From IMG/VR virus record IMGVR_UViG_3300008262_000047: a stretch of DNA of 64,000 nucleotides. The stretch is one strand, 5' to 3'. The notes under the pieces are model-generated. The model did not search any database. It saw only the letters and a program-made list of their open reading frames with translations, and had not been told where the DNA came from. The position numbers and the translations under genes are program-made. The stretch comes from a virus. This document shows, piece after piece, positions 1 through 9,086 of the stretch (its first letter is position 1; every line of letters starts with the position of its first letter).

Positions 1-26
1 TGCCAGTCAAGAGAGATAGGTGAAAC

Positions 27-623
27 ATGTCAACCGAAATCACAGAAGCAAAATGGACTAATCGTCAACCTGAGGAACTAGATTTTCTACGTCCCAATGG
101 CTTTCGTTTCATGATTCAAAGTCTGCCGAAAGTAACATACTTTTGTCAGGCAGCAAACATCCCGTCCATGAATTTAGGTGTAGCAAAACAACCCACACCA
201 TTGATTGATATCCCAAAGCCAGGTGAAAAACTTGACTTCGGTGAACTCACCATTCGTTTCATGATTCAGGAAGACATGGCAAATTACATTGAATTGTACA
301 ACTGGATGATTGCTTTAGGTTTCCCAGAGAACCATAAACAATTTCAAAAGAGATTCGCGGATCAAGCATTCCGAACACCTGAAATCAATAACCAAGATGT
401 GGGTACACAACGTAGAACTGACCTACCGGAATATAGTGATGCCACATTAATGGTATTGAATTCCAGTGACCTCCCAATCGTTCGGTTAAACTTCATAGAT
501 TGTTTCCCCATCTCGTTATCTGGATTGGATTTCGATGTATCAACAGGAAACACACAATACTTTGTAGGCAACGCCGTCTTTAAATATCGCATGTTCACGG
601 TGGAGTCTTTATTGACTACTTGA
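27..623 (+). CDS. T4 gp3-like tail completion/sheath stabiliser
   Basis: Recognisable gp3-family stretch (FLRPNGFRF..LPKVTYFCQAANIPS; FPISLSGLDFD); upstream of uvsY-uvsW as in other T4-like phages. Confidence 0.75.
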   Translation: MSTEITEAKWTNRQPEELDFLRPNGFRFMIQSLPKVTYFCQAANIPSMNLGVAKQPTPLIDIPKPGEKLDFGELTIRFMIQEDMANYIELYNWMIALGFPENHKQFQKRFADQAFRTPEINNQDVGTQRRTDLPEYSDATLMVLNSSDLPIVRLNFIDCFPISLSGLDFDVSTGNTQYFVGNAVFKYRMFTVESLLTT

Positions 624-648
624 CAAATGTAGTTGTACTGTGTATGTT
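620..648 (+). promoter_or_regulatory. sigma70-type early promoter for uvsY operon
   Basis: TTGACA 620-625, 17 nt, TATGTT 643-648. Confidence 0.65.
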
Positions 649-675
649 ACATGATGTATTAACAAGTGAGGTGGT

Positions 676-1116
676 ATGAAGTTACAAGAAATACAGGACA
701 TGTGGACAGAAGATTGTAAAATTGACCAAACTAATTTAGGGCGTAGTGCCGCCCGTGTTCCTGAACTTCACGCAAAATATCTCAACATGATGTCATCAGT
801 CCGCCTTCAATATCGTAAGGCTGAGGCTGAATACCTTCGTATCCGAAAGTTGAAAGGTAGATATTATCGTGGCGAACTCTCAAAAGAAGAACTTAGTGAA
901 TTGGGCTGGGAACAATATCTCAATGCGCGTCCATTAAAAAATGAAATGGATGATGTCATGAATACTGACGATGATGTTATCCGCATGACGGATAAGTTGG
1001 AATATTTAAAAACTGTCATGTACCAATTGGAACAAATCATTAAAAGCATCAATAGTAGAACATGGGACATCAAGTCTGCTATTGAATGGTATAAGTTTAC
1101 GAATGGTGGATTATGA
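676..1116 (+). CDS. uvsY: UvsY recombination mediator
   Basis: PELHAKYL..R and final INSRTWDIKSAIEWYKF; synteny with uvsW. Confidence 0.9.
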   Translation: MKLQEIQDMWTEDCKIDQTNLGRSAARVPELHAKYLNMMSSVRLQYRKAEAEYLRIRKLKGRYYRGELSKEELSELGWEQYLNARPLKNEMDDVMNTDDDVIRMTDKLEYLKTVMYQLEQIIKSINSRTWDIKSAIEWYKFTNGGL

Positions 1117-2594
1117 GTGATGTTACCATTAGCAAGAAAGATGAGGTTTATCTTCATGTAGATGCCGATGCATCCATTCTACTTGAAATGAATGACTTCT
1201 TCACGTTTGCAGTTCCGGGTGCTCAATTCACACCCCAATATCGTGCAAAACTTTGGGACGGAAAAATTCGTCTACTAAGTTTGTTCACAAAGGAGTTATA
1301 TGTAGGTCTTGCTCCTTATGTAAAAGAATTTTGTAAGTCAAACAATTATACACTTACAAATCATTTACCTTCATATGCCGAAGATGTTGAACAAGCAAAA
1401 CAATTCATTGCATCATTGAATTACCATTCAAATGGTAAGCCCGTTGATATTCGTGATTATCAAGAAGATGCTGTACTAGAATCCATTCATCGTGGACGAA
1501 CACTTCTTCTTTCTCCTACTGCGTCAGGCAAAAGTTTAATCATTTATTCTTTGGTTCGTTGGCATCAGACCCAAGGGCGCCGACAACTTATCATCGTTCC
1601 CACAACTTCTTTAGTCGAGCAATTGTATGGTGACTTTGCTGATTATGCTACAGCGTCGGATTGGAAAGTATCTGAAAACTGCACCCGCATTTATTCAGGT
1701 AAAGAAAAAGTTACAAACGTTCCTATTGTAATCTCCACGTGGCAGAGCATCTACAAGATGCCGAAAAGTTATTTTGAAAATTTTGATGTGGTATATGGTG
1801 ATGAGTGCCATTTGTTTAAAGCCAAATCATTATCATCAATTCTACACAAATGCACCAAGGCACCTTTTAAGATAGGTACAACAGGAACATTGGATGGCAC
1901 CAAGACACATCGTTTAGTATTAGAAGGATTGTTTGGTGCTGTTCATAAAGTAACAACCACAAAGAAGTTAATGGATACACAACAGCTTGCTGATTTAAAG
2001 ATTCGTTGCTTACAGTTGGATTACAGTGATGAAGAAAAACAGTTGTGTAAGAAGTTCACCTATCAACAAGAATTAGATTGGTTAGTCACACACCCCAAGA
2101 GAAATAAATTTATACAAAATTTAGTGCTTGACCAAAAAGGAAATACTCTAGTATTATTCCAATATGTTGAAAAACATGGTGAAGTATTGTTTGATATGCT
2201 CTCTGAAAAAGTTGAAAAGGGACGAGAGTTATTCTTTGTACACGGTGGAGTTGAAACTAAAGATAGAGAAGCAGTTCGTGCCATTACAGAAAAATCTGAG
2301 AATGCCATTATTCTTGCGTCATATGGAACATTCTCTACGGGGATAAATATTAGAAATCTCCACAACATTGTATTTGCTTCGCCCTCGAAATCTCGTATCA
2401 GAAATTTACAAAGTATTGGTCGCGGTCTTCGATTGGGAGAACAAAAAACAAGTTGTAAGTTGTATGATATTGGAGATAACCTCTCATGGAAAACACATAA
2501 AAATTATACCCTACTTCATTTAATTGAACGTGTAAAAATTTACAATGAAGAAGGATTCAATTATAAACTATTAACAATACCCTTACATGCATAG
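1113..2594 (+). CDS. uvsW: UvsW SF2 helicase
   Basis: WDGKIRL, SPTASGKS, DECH, QSIGRGLR. Confidence 0.95.
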   Translation: MSDVTISKKDEVYLHVDADASILLEMNDFFTFAVPGAQFTPQYRAKLWDGKIRLLSLFTKELYVGLAPYVKEFCKSNNYTLTNHLPSYAEDVEQAKQFIASLNYHSNGKPVDIRDYQEDAVLESIHRGRTLLLSPTASGKSLIIYSLVRWHQTQGRRQLIIVPTTSLVEQLYGDFADYATASDWKVSENCTRIYSGKEKVTNVPIVISTWQSIYKMPKSYFENFDVVYGDECHLFKAKSLSSILHKCTKAPFKIGTTGTLDGTKTHRLVLEGLFGAVHKVTTTKKLMDTQQLADLKIRCLQLDYSDEEKQLCKKFTYQQELDWLVTHPKRNKFIQNLVLDQKGNTLVLFQYVEKHGEVLFDMLSEKVEKGRELFFVHGGVETKDREAVRAITEKSENAIILASYGTFSTGINIRNLHNIVFASPSKSRIRNLQSIGRGLRLGEQKTSCKLYDIGDNLSWKTHKNYTLLHLIERVKIYNEEGFNYKLLTIPLHA

Positions 2595-3054
2595 TTACAA
2601 CAAGTATAATGAGGGAACGTATTATAAGATTGTGAAATTGAAAACAGGAGAAACTATACTCTGTACCATGAATCATGATGTTCGGTCGTTGGCATCTGAA
2701 ACACATTTACAAATGAATGTTCCTGTACAGGTTATCCCTCACCAAGAAACACGACGCAATGGTCAAGTGATAGGCGAAAGTTTTGTTTTGCGTCCATGGA
2801 TTGGATTAAGTGATAGTGATGAATTTACAATTAGTACTGACATTGTATTAACCATAGGAAGTTTAAAGAAAGAGGTACGTCAACAATATGTCAACTATAT
2901 TGAACATACCATTGAAACACAAAAGCGCCAAGAAGAACAAATAGAACGTGAAGAAGCAGCAGAAAATTTATTACGTGAAATTACACCCGGTGAGTTATAT
3001 TTTGTTGATGAACCTTTGAATATGGAAAATAACCATGACGAAAACCAAGAGTAA
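2587..3054 (+). CDS. conserved T4-like hypothetical (Sm-like fold, IVKLKTGETI)
   Basis: Overlapping start/stop with neighbours; KLxTGE motif. Confidence 0.6.
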   Translation: MHSYNKYNEGTYYKIVKLKTGETILCTMNHDVRSLASETHLQMNVPVQVIPHQETRRNGQVIGESFVLRPWIGLSDSDEFTISTDIVLTIGSLKKEVRQQYVNYIEHTIETQKRQEEQIEREEAAENLLREITPGELYFVDEPLNMENNHDENQE

Positions 3055-3646
3055 AACAAACAATCATTACATAGATAATAAAAAGTTTCTACAAGCCTTA
3101 ATAGATTATAAAGTAGAGGTACGTGAAGCAGAACAGAACAAAGAGGAACGTCCACAAGTTCCAGAATACATAGGCGACTGCTTCATTAAAATTGCCAATC
3201 ATTTAGCCTATAAAAATAATTTCATTAATTACAGTTTCCGTGAGGATATGATTTTAGATGCCATTGAAAATTGTCTCACATATATGGACAACTTCGATCC
3301 CGCGAAATCAAGCAATCCCTTTGCCTACTTCACACAAATTACCTATTATGCCTTTGTGCGAAGAATTCAAAAAGAGAAGAAGCATCTACAAACCAAATAT
3401 AAGTATATTGCTTCGTTAGATGTGGATAACATCATTCGTCAAGCTCATGACGAAGGCACACATACAAATGAGTTCATTCGGTACTTGCAAAAGCAAGCTG
3501 ATGCCGCCAACCAAGAATTAAGTGCCGACAAAGAAACGAAAAAGATTACACGTAAACCAAAATATCTACAGGCACTTGATGACGATGTGGTGATTATTGA
3601 ATCTGAGTATATTGATGTGGAAGAAGTGGATGAATATGATGAGTGA
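3035..3646 (+). CDS. gp55 late-transcription sigma factor
   Basis: HYIDNKKF, NFINYSFREDMI, NPFAYFTQI..AFVRRIQKEK. Confidence 0.93.
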   Translation: MTKTKSKTNNHYIDNKKFLQALIDYKVEVREAEQNKEERPQVPEYIGDCFIKIANHLAYKNNFINYSFREDMILDAIENCLTYMDNFDPAKSSNPFAYFTQITYYAFVRRIQKEKKHLQTKYKYIASLDVDNIIRQAHDEGTHTNEFIRYLQKQADAANQELSADKETKKITRKPKYLQALDDDVVIIESEYIDVEEVDEYDE

Positions 3647-3649
3647 AAC

Positions 3650-3678
3650 TTGACAAATACCTAAATAGTCTGTAGATT
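3650..3678 (+). promoter_or_regulatory. early promoter for the 7-deazaguanine cassette
   Basis: TTGACA 3650-3655, 17 nt, TAGATT 3673-3678. Confidence 0.65.
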
Positions 3679-3707
3679 GTTATATAACTTTGTGATTGGA
3701 GTGTGAT

Positions 3708-4613
3708 ATGCGTATTCGTTACTCAGAAATTTTTTATTCATTTCAAGGTGAAGCTGAATTGGCAGGAACGCCTGCCGTTTGGTTACGTTTCTTTGGTTGT
3801 AATTTAAATTGTAGTGGATTCGGACAAAAGAATCCCACAGACCCATCTACATATGAATTACCATTCGAAACATTCGATGTGGATTCTGTGAAGCATGTCA
3901 ATGACCTTCCCGTGTGGAAGTTTGGGTGTGACTCATCCTATTCTTGGTCACAACGTTTCAAGCATCTAGCGCACGATGCATCTCCCGAAGAAATTGCTGA
4001 CCGTTTAGTTGAAGCCAACAAGAGCGAGCATAACCCACAAGGATTGTTCATTCATCCTGTAACACAACAACCCATCATGCTATGCTTCACGGGCGGCGAA
4101 CCCATGATGCAACAAAAGGCAATGATGGAAATTCTTCGTGTGTTGCGTGACAGAAATAATGCACCACAACTTGTCACGGTGGAAACAAATGCCACACGCC
4201 CCTTGTCAGAAGAATTAAGAAAATTCATGTCATTTGAATTCCCATTCATGGGAAATGGTAAGGCGCGTTGGCATTGGTCAATGAGTCCAAAATTGTTCAC
4301 GGTATCAGGTGAAGATAATGTGGTGAGTGCAGAACACATTCATGAATATTCACTTGCCAATGCTACATCCATTTTGAAATTTGTGTGTAACGGGACAAAA
4401 GAAAATTGGGATGAACTTGACAATCACCTAAATAGAATTAGATTACTATGTGGGAGATACATGCCAGACGTATGGGTGATGCCTGTCGGCGCCACAAAGG
4501 ATGCTCAAGAGGATCCGTATATTGGTGATTTGTGTATCGAAGCAATGAATCGTGGTTATAAAGTTGCCACACGAAATCATTGTTATGTCTTTGGCAACGT
4601 CATTGGGAGATAA
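3708..4613 (+). CDS. queE: QueE-like radical SAM 7-carboxy-7-deazaguanine synthase
   Basis: SEIFYSFQGE, WLRFFGCNLNC...CDS, FTGGEP, VETN, SMSPK; adjacent folE; start chosen behind GGAG. Confidence 0.88.
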   Translation: MRIRYSEIFYSFQGEAELAGTPAVWLRFFGCNLNCSGFGQKNPTDPSTYELPFETFDVDSVKHVNDLPVWKFGCDSSYSWSQRFKHLAHDASPEEIADRLVEANKSEHNPQGLFIHPVTQQPIMLCFTGGEPMMQQKAMMEILRVLRDRNNAPQLVTVETNATRPLSEELRKFMSFEFPFMGNGKARWHWSMSPKLFTVSGEDNVVSAEHIHEYSLANATSILKFVCNGTKENWDELDNHLNRIRLLCGRYMPDVWVMPVGATKDAQEDPYIGDLCIEAMNRGYKVATRNHCYVFGNVIGR

Positions 4614-4614
4614 T

Positions 4615-5316
4615 ATGAAGTCACAACATCGTTTTAACGCATCAGCTATTCGTTCTGCCATGGGCAAGACTGATCCTGAATTGGGATTACAGGTACATAA
4701 GCATCTTGTTGCTCAGGGTGTAGAGACACCTTTCATGCAGACGGAAGAATATAGTGACAAGAAGATTAAGAAGATTGAAAAACATTTCACTGAAATCATG
4801 ACAACTCTAGGTATGGATTTGACTGATGACAGTCTCCAAGATAGTCCTAAGCGTGTTGCCAAGATGTTTGTGAATGAACTATTTTGGGGATTAGATTATG
4901 CAGCATTTCCGAAGTGTACTGCCATTGAGAATAAGATGGGGTATGATGAGATGGTTCTTGAAAAGAACATCACGGTGACTTCGGCATGTGAACATCACTT
5001 TGTCACTATTTCAGGTGTGGCACATGTTGCCTACATCCCGAAAAATAAGGTGTTGGGGTTGAGCAAGTTGAATCGTGTTGTTGAATATTTCTCACGCCGT
5101 CCTCAGGTTCAAGAGCGCCTTGCAGAACAAATTTATCATGCTCTGTCATTCATCCTTGACACGCCTGATGTAGCGGTTGTTATTGACGCCGAACATTTCT
5201 GTGTAAAGGCACGAGGTGTTGAGGATCCACATTCCAATACAATCACATCGAAGTTGGGTGGCGGATTCAAGGAGAATCCTGCCCTTCGTTCAGAATTCAT
5301 GCATCTCATCAAGTAA
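4615..5316 (+). CDS. folE: GTP cyclohydrolase I
   Basis: SACEHH, GLSKLNR, RRPQVQER, HFCVKARGV. Confidence 0.95.
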   Translation: MKSQHRFNASAIRSAMGKTDPELGLQVHKHLVAQGVETPFMQTEEYSDKKIKKIEKHFTEIMTTLGMDLTDDSLQDSPKRVAKMFVNELFWGLDYAAFPKCTAIENKMGYDEMVLEKNITVTSACEHHFVTISGVAHVAYIPKNKVLGLSKLNRVVEYFSRRPQVQERLAEQIYHALSFILDTPDVAVVIDAEHFCVKARGVEDPHSNTITSKLGGGFKENPALRSEFMHLIK

Positions 5317-5320
5317 TATC

Positions 5321-5836
5321 ATGTCAAGTGATATCAATGTAATGATTGACTTGGAAACCATGAGTACCGAGTCAAACGCAGCAATCGCCTCTATTGGTGC
5401 GGTAAAATTTTCTATCGAAGCAGGTGTGATAGATACATTTTACTGCACGGTAGATGTGGCTGACTGTAAATTACAGGGATTACACATTTCTGCTGATACT
5501 GTGAAATGGTGGAGTAAGCAACCCAAGGAAGTATTAGAAATGCTTCGTGAAAATAATGTATCTCTGCGCGAAGCTCTTACAAAGTTTTCTCAATGGTATG
5601 GAACAGTACAATATCCTACATGGGGTTGTGGTTCTGATTTTGATAATGTCATTATGGAAAATGCCTATAAGGCAGTAAGTATGGTACGTCCTTGGAACGC
5701 CTGGAGAAACAGGTGCTATCGCACAATACGCGAAGTAATTAAATTACCAGAAGCTGAACGAACAGGCACATATCACAATGCACTTGATGATGCGTTACAT
5801 CAGACACATCATCTACTTAAAATCTTTGGGAGCTAA
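5321..5836 (+). CDS. DEDDh 3'-5' exonuclease (DexA/DUF5051-like)
   Basis: MIDLET, WGCGSDFD, RCYRT, HNALDDA. Confidence 0.85.
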   Translation: MSSDINVMIDLETMSTESNAAIASIGAVKFSIEAGVIDTFYCTVDVADCKLQGLHISADTVKWWSKQPKEVLEMLRENNVSLREALTKFSQWYGTVQYPTWGCGSDFDNVIMENAYKAVSMVRPWNAWRNRCYRTIREVIKLPEAERTGTYHNALDDALHQTHHLLKIFGS

Positions 5837-5838
5837 TA

Positions 5839-7098
5839 ATGTTTGAATATGTTGCTTCTGGGTTATCCTTTCTGCGTTGCAACTTTAAGGATACACATAC
5901 AGGATATCTATTGGGTGAATTGAATAAAATGTGGGGACATATTCGTGGTAAATATGACCACGAATTTTCATTCCTGTATAACGCCTATATTGAAAAGCAT
6001 TTCGGTGAGGTGTTTTATGGTGCCTATCGTGGTAAAGGTATTAATCAGGTGTATGCCGACTCGGGCGGTCTACAAATTGTCACACAAGGATTGACCATCA
6101 CGCCGGCATTAAAACAGAAGGTGTACGAGAGTCAAGCCATGTACTCTGATTGCGCCATGAGTTTTGATGAAATTCCTGTGAGCATTATTGGCACAAAGGC
6201 GGTACGTTCAGATATTAACAGTAAATATTTTGATAGAAATAAATTTGAATGGTGTGCGCGTGAATCAGGCAGAAATGTGAAGAACCAAATTGACACATTC
6301 ATCGCCATGAAATCTGATGCCAAGCCCATGTTCATTGTACAAGGCGGTGACCTTGACACATACATCAAATGGTGTGAGTTGGCACTGGAAGAAATTCCTA
6401 AGGAATATCATGAACGCATTGGCGGTGTCGCCATGGGTTCAGGTGGTATCGGTAACGGGATGTTTGAAGATTGTAAGCGAGCATTTTATTACACACAAAC
6501 ACCCTTGTTTGAAATGAACAATCATCTCCATTTGTTAGGTATTGGTGCAGTATCACGTATGGTACCTACATTGGCAATGATTGAAAGTGGCTTATACACA
6601 AACAAACATATTAGTTATGATAGTACGACCCATACATCGGGTGTACAAATGGGAAGATACTATGGTCCTGATTTCTCTTGGATTACTCCCGGCAAACACT
6701 TCATCAATGAAAATGGTCCTCAGTATTCCATTATCAATGCCGACATCAAGAAAAATGTTCCGTTCTATGATGTAACAGATGAAGTATTCCATGAGGTCAT
6801 GAACATCAGTGTTCGAAAGTATCAGGCAAAAACAAATGATCCTAATCCGCCCATTCTTGCATTTAACGCATACTTCACTTCATCAGTCATTAACTTTCTA
6901 CGTCACTTAGATACCATGAGAAAGGATTTTTCACAGATTCATACATTGATGAGTGACGATGAATACAATGCCATGATGGCGTTTAGTCGAGTTAAAAACA
7001 GAGTGGATTTTGAAAAGTGGGAAAATGAAATGGGACGATATCTCCCAAGTCAAGCTGTTCGTGATGGCATACCTGCAACATTACCTGAGGACTTTTAA
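5839..7098 (+). CDS. TGT-fold guanine transglycosylase (DpdA-like)
   Basis: YADSGGLQ, MSFDEIP, IVQG, HLHLLG, SYDSTT motifs of the TGT fold; within que cluster. Confidence 0.8.
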   Translation: MFEYVASGLSFLRCNFKDTHTGYLLGELNKMWGHIRGKYDHEFSFLYNAYIEKHFGEVFYGAYRGKGINQVYADSGGLQIVTQGLTITPALKQKVYESQAMYSDCAMSFDEIPVSIIGTKAVRSDINSKYFDRNKFEWCARESGRNVKNQIDTFIAMKSDAKPMFIVQGGDLDTYIKWCELALEEIPKEYHERIGGVAMGSGGIGNGMFEDCKRAFYYTQTPLFEMNNHLHLLGIGAVSRMVPTLAMIESGLYTNKHISYDSTTHTSGVQMGRYYGPDFSWITPGKHFINENGPQYSIINADIKKNVPFYDVTDEVFHEVMNISVRKYQAKTNDPNPPILAFNAYFTSSVINFLRHLDTMRKDFSQIHTLMSDDEYNAMMAFSRVKNRVDFEKWENEMGRYLPSQAVRDGIPATLPEDF

Positions 7099-7100
7099 TC

Positions 7101-7472
7101 ATGATAAAGCGTTACATTGAAGTGACATTTCAGAAAGAAGGTATTCACAAATATCCCGCAGCATTGACTGACCCGAAATTGAAAGATGTAGAATTTTTAG
7201 GATATCCTCATAGACACATGTTTCATTTCCGTGTTCGTGTATCGGTGACACATAATGACCGAGACATTGAATTCATCTTATTCAAGCGTGAACTTGAACA
7301 TCTATATCAAGGCACGTTGCATGTTGATTATAAGAGCTGTGAAATGTTGGCAGAAGATTTAATAGAGTACATTACTAATGTTTATCCGGGCAGAGAAGTT
7401 GAAGTAGGTGTGAGTGAAGATGGTGAGAACGGTGCAATCATTCAATATCAACCAATGGGGAGTTTGACATGA
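7101..7472 (+). CDS. divergent QueD paralog (DpdL-like, candidate CDG decarboxylase)
   Basis: LGYPHRHMF (LxxxHRHxF) replaces CxxxHGH; SCEMLA and VSED T-fold motifs. Confidence 0.7.
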   Translation: MIKRYIEVTFQKEGIHKYPAALTDPKLKDVEFLGYPHRHMFHFRVRVSVTHNDRDIEFILFKRELEHLYQGTLHVDYKSCEMLAEDLIEYITNVYPGREVEVGVSEDGENGAIIQYQPMGSLT

Positions 7473-8632
7473 AGATTTTCTATATGGGATTGGAATCATA
7501 TGAATCACGATATACATTGCAACTAACTAAGTGGGCAACTACCACTATGGATCGTCGTGGTGTTGAATATGTGATTGTTCCCGGCAAGACCATTGATAAC
7601 AGTCAGGCAATTTCTGTGGGACAGGTTCTTGATGCACATGGAAGAAGTTATTTCGCCATGTCACAAATGATGAATCTTGTGCAGATGATGAAAGATGGGA
7701 CAGTCACCGGTGAAGATGCCATCTTTTTTGAAGATATGTTTCAACCCGGCATTGAATCGCTTCCTTACATCATGAATCAAATCCCTGAAAAGGATCGACC
7801 GAAGGTGTGGGTACGTTGTCTTGCACAAAGCATTGATCCTGATGACTTTGTTCATGTGTGGGGTATGGCACCTTGGATGAGTAAGTATGAACACATGGTG
7901 AATGATTTTGTTACGGGTGTTCTTGCGTCAAATGAAGAAATGGTGGCACATATGAAGATTGCAGGTTGGACAGCACCTCTCTACAACATTTCAGGCTTGA
8001 CGTTTGACCGTGATGAGGTGAGAAGTCGAGTATCGCATATTCCAGAATTCTCATCTAGAAAGATGCGTGTTGTATTTGCTGCTCGGTTTGACCAAGAAAA
8101 GCAACCCAACTTCTTCATGGATATTGCTGAACAAGTTGCAGAAACATATAACATTGAATTTGCCATAGTATCGGGCGGTCCATTACGGAGTAACAATCCG
8201 GTATATTTGGAACGTGCTCGTAAATTAGAAAAGAGTGGTCTTTTAAAGATTTATGATAATCTTTCTAAGAATGAGTATTATGAGATTGTTGCCAATAGTC
8301 GTGTATTGTTTAATTGTGCATTACAAGATTGGGTAAGTAACACGGTGTCTGAGGCAGATGCACTTGAATGTAATGTGTTGTATCCTGCCTATCGGTCATT
8401 CCCAGAAACGTTTGCCAATGATGCTGAACGTTTATATGTACCTTGGTCACAACAAGATGCCATTAACAAGTTGTTCAGGCACTTGAATGAACCTCATAGA
8501 AACATGGGAAAGATTTCAGCTTGGACATCACAGACAATGGATAGAATTCTAGATGTGATGTTGGGTCAAGGTGAAGCATGGCGCCGGGATGATAATCGTT
8601 ATCGTGACTACACTTCTACAAACAAATACTGA
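7469..8632 (+). CDS. GT-B fold glycosyltransferase
   Basis: VVFAARFDQEKQP and DWVSNTVSEA donor-binding motifs; start overlaps upstream stop. Confidence 0.8.
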   Translation: MKIFYMGLESYESRYTLQLTKWATTTMDRRGVEYVIVPGKTIDNSQAISVGQVLDAHGRSYFAMSQMMNLVQMMKDGTVTGEDAIFFEDMFQPGIESLPYIMNQIPEKDRPKVWVRCLAQSIDPDDFVHVWGMAPWMSKYEHMVNDFVTGVLASNEEMVAHMKIAGWTAPLYNISGLTFDRDEVRSRVSHIPEFSSRKMRVVFAARFDQEKQPNFFMDIAEQVAETYNIEFAIVSGGPLRSNNPVYLERARKLEKSGLLKIYDNLSKNEYYEIVANSRVLFNCALQDWVSNTVSEADALECNVLYPAYRSFPETFANDAERLYVPWSQQDAINKLFRHLNEPHRNMGKISAWTSQTMDRILDVMLGQGEAWRRDDNRYRDYTSTNKY

Positions 8633-8642
8633 GGAGATGACA

Positions 8643-9086
8643 ATGAAATTCTATTCAACGAAAACATTTGGTAATGAGCGTGGTTTGAGCTGTGCATTTC
8701 GTCAATGGCGAGCAAAATCACATTGCAATCAAATTCATGGTTATAGTTTAGGATTTCGTTTCATCTTTGAGGCAGATGTCCTAGATGAAAGAAACTGGGT
8801 ATATGACTTTGGTGATACCAAGTGGATTAAGGAATACTTAGATGTTGCCTTTGACCACACAACGGCAGTTGCCAAGGATGATCCTTTGCTTCCCTTGTTC
8901 AAACAAATGGATAAGGAAGGCGGATGCACATTGCGTATTTTTGATAGTGTTGGATGTGAAGCATTTGCTCATATGGTATATGTTGACATTGCCCCCGGTG
9001 TTGTACACAAGACGAACGGGCGAGTTCGCCTTAAGAGTGTGGAAGTATTTGAACATGGGAGCAACTCTGCCCTGTACGAGGGATAA
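8643..9086 (+). CDS. queD: QueD 6-carboxytetrahydropterin synthase
   Basis: HCNQIHGY, WVYDFG, FDH, GCEAFA, VEVFE; GAGGAG RBS. Confidence 0.88.
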   Translation: MKFYSTKTFGNERGLSCAFRQWRAKSHCNQIHGYSLGFRFIFEADVLDERNWVYDFGDTKWIKEYLDVAFDHTTAVAKDDPLLPLFKQMDKEGGCTLRIFDSVGCEAFAHMVYVDIAPGVVHKTNGRVRLKSVEVFEHGSNSALYEG

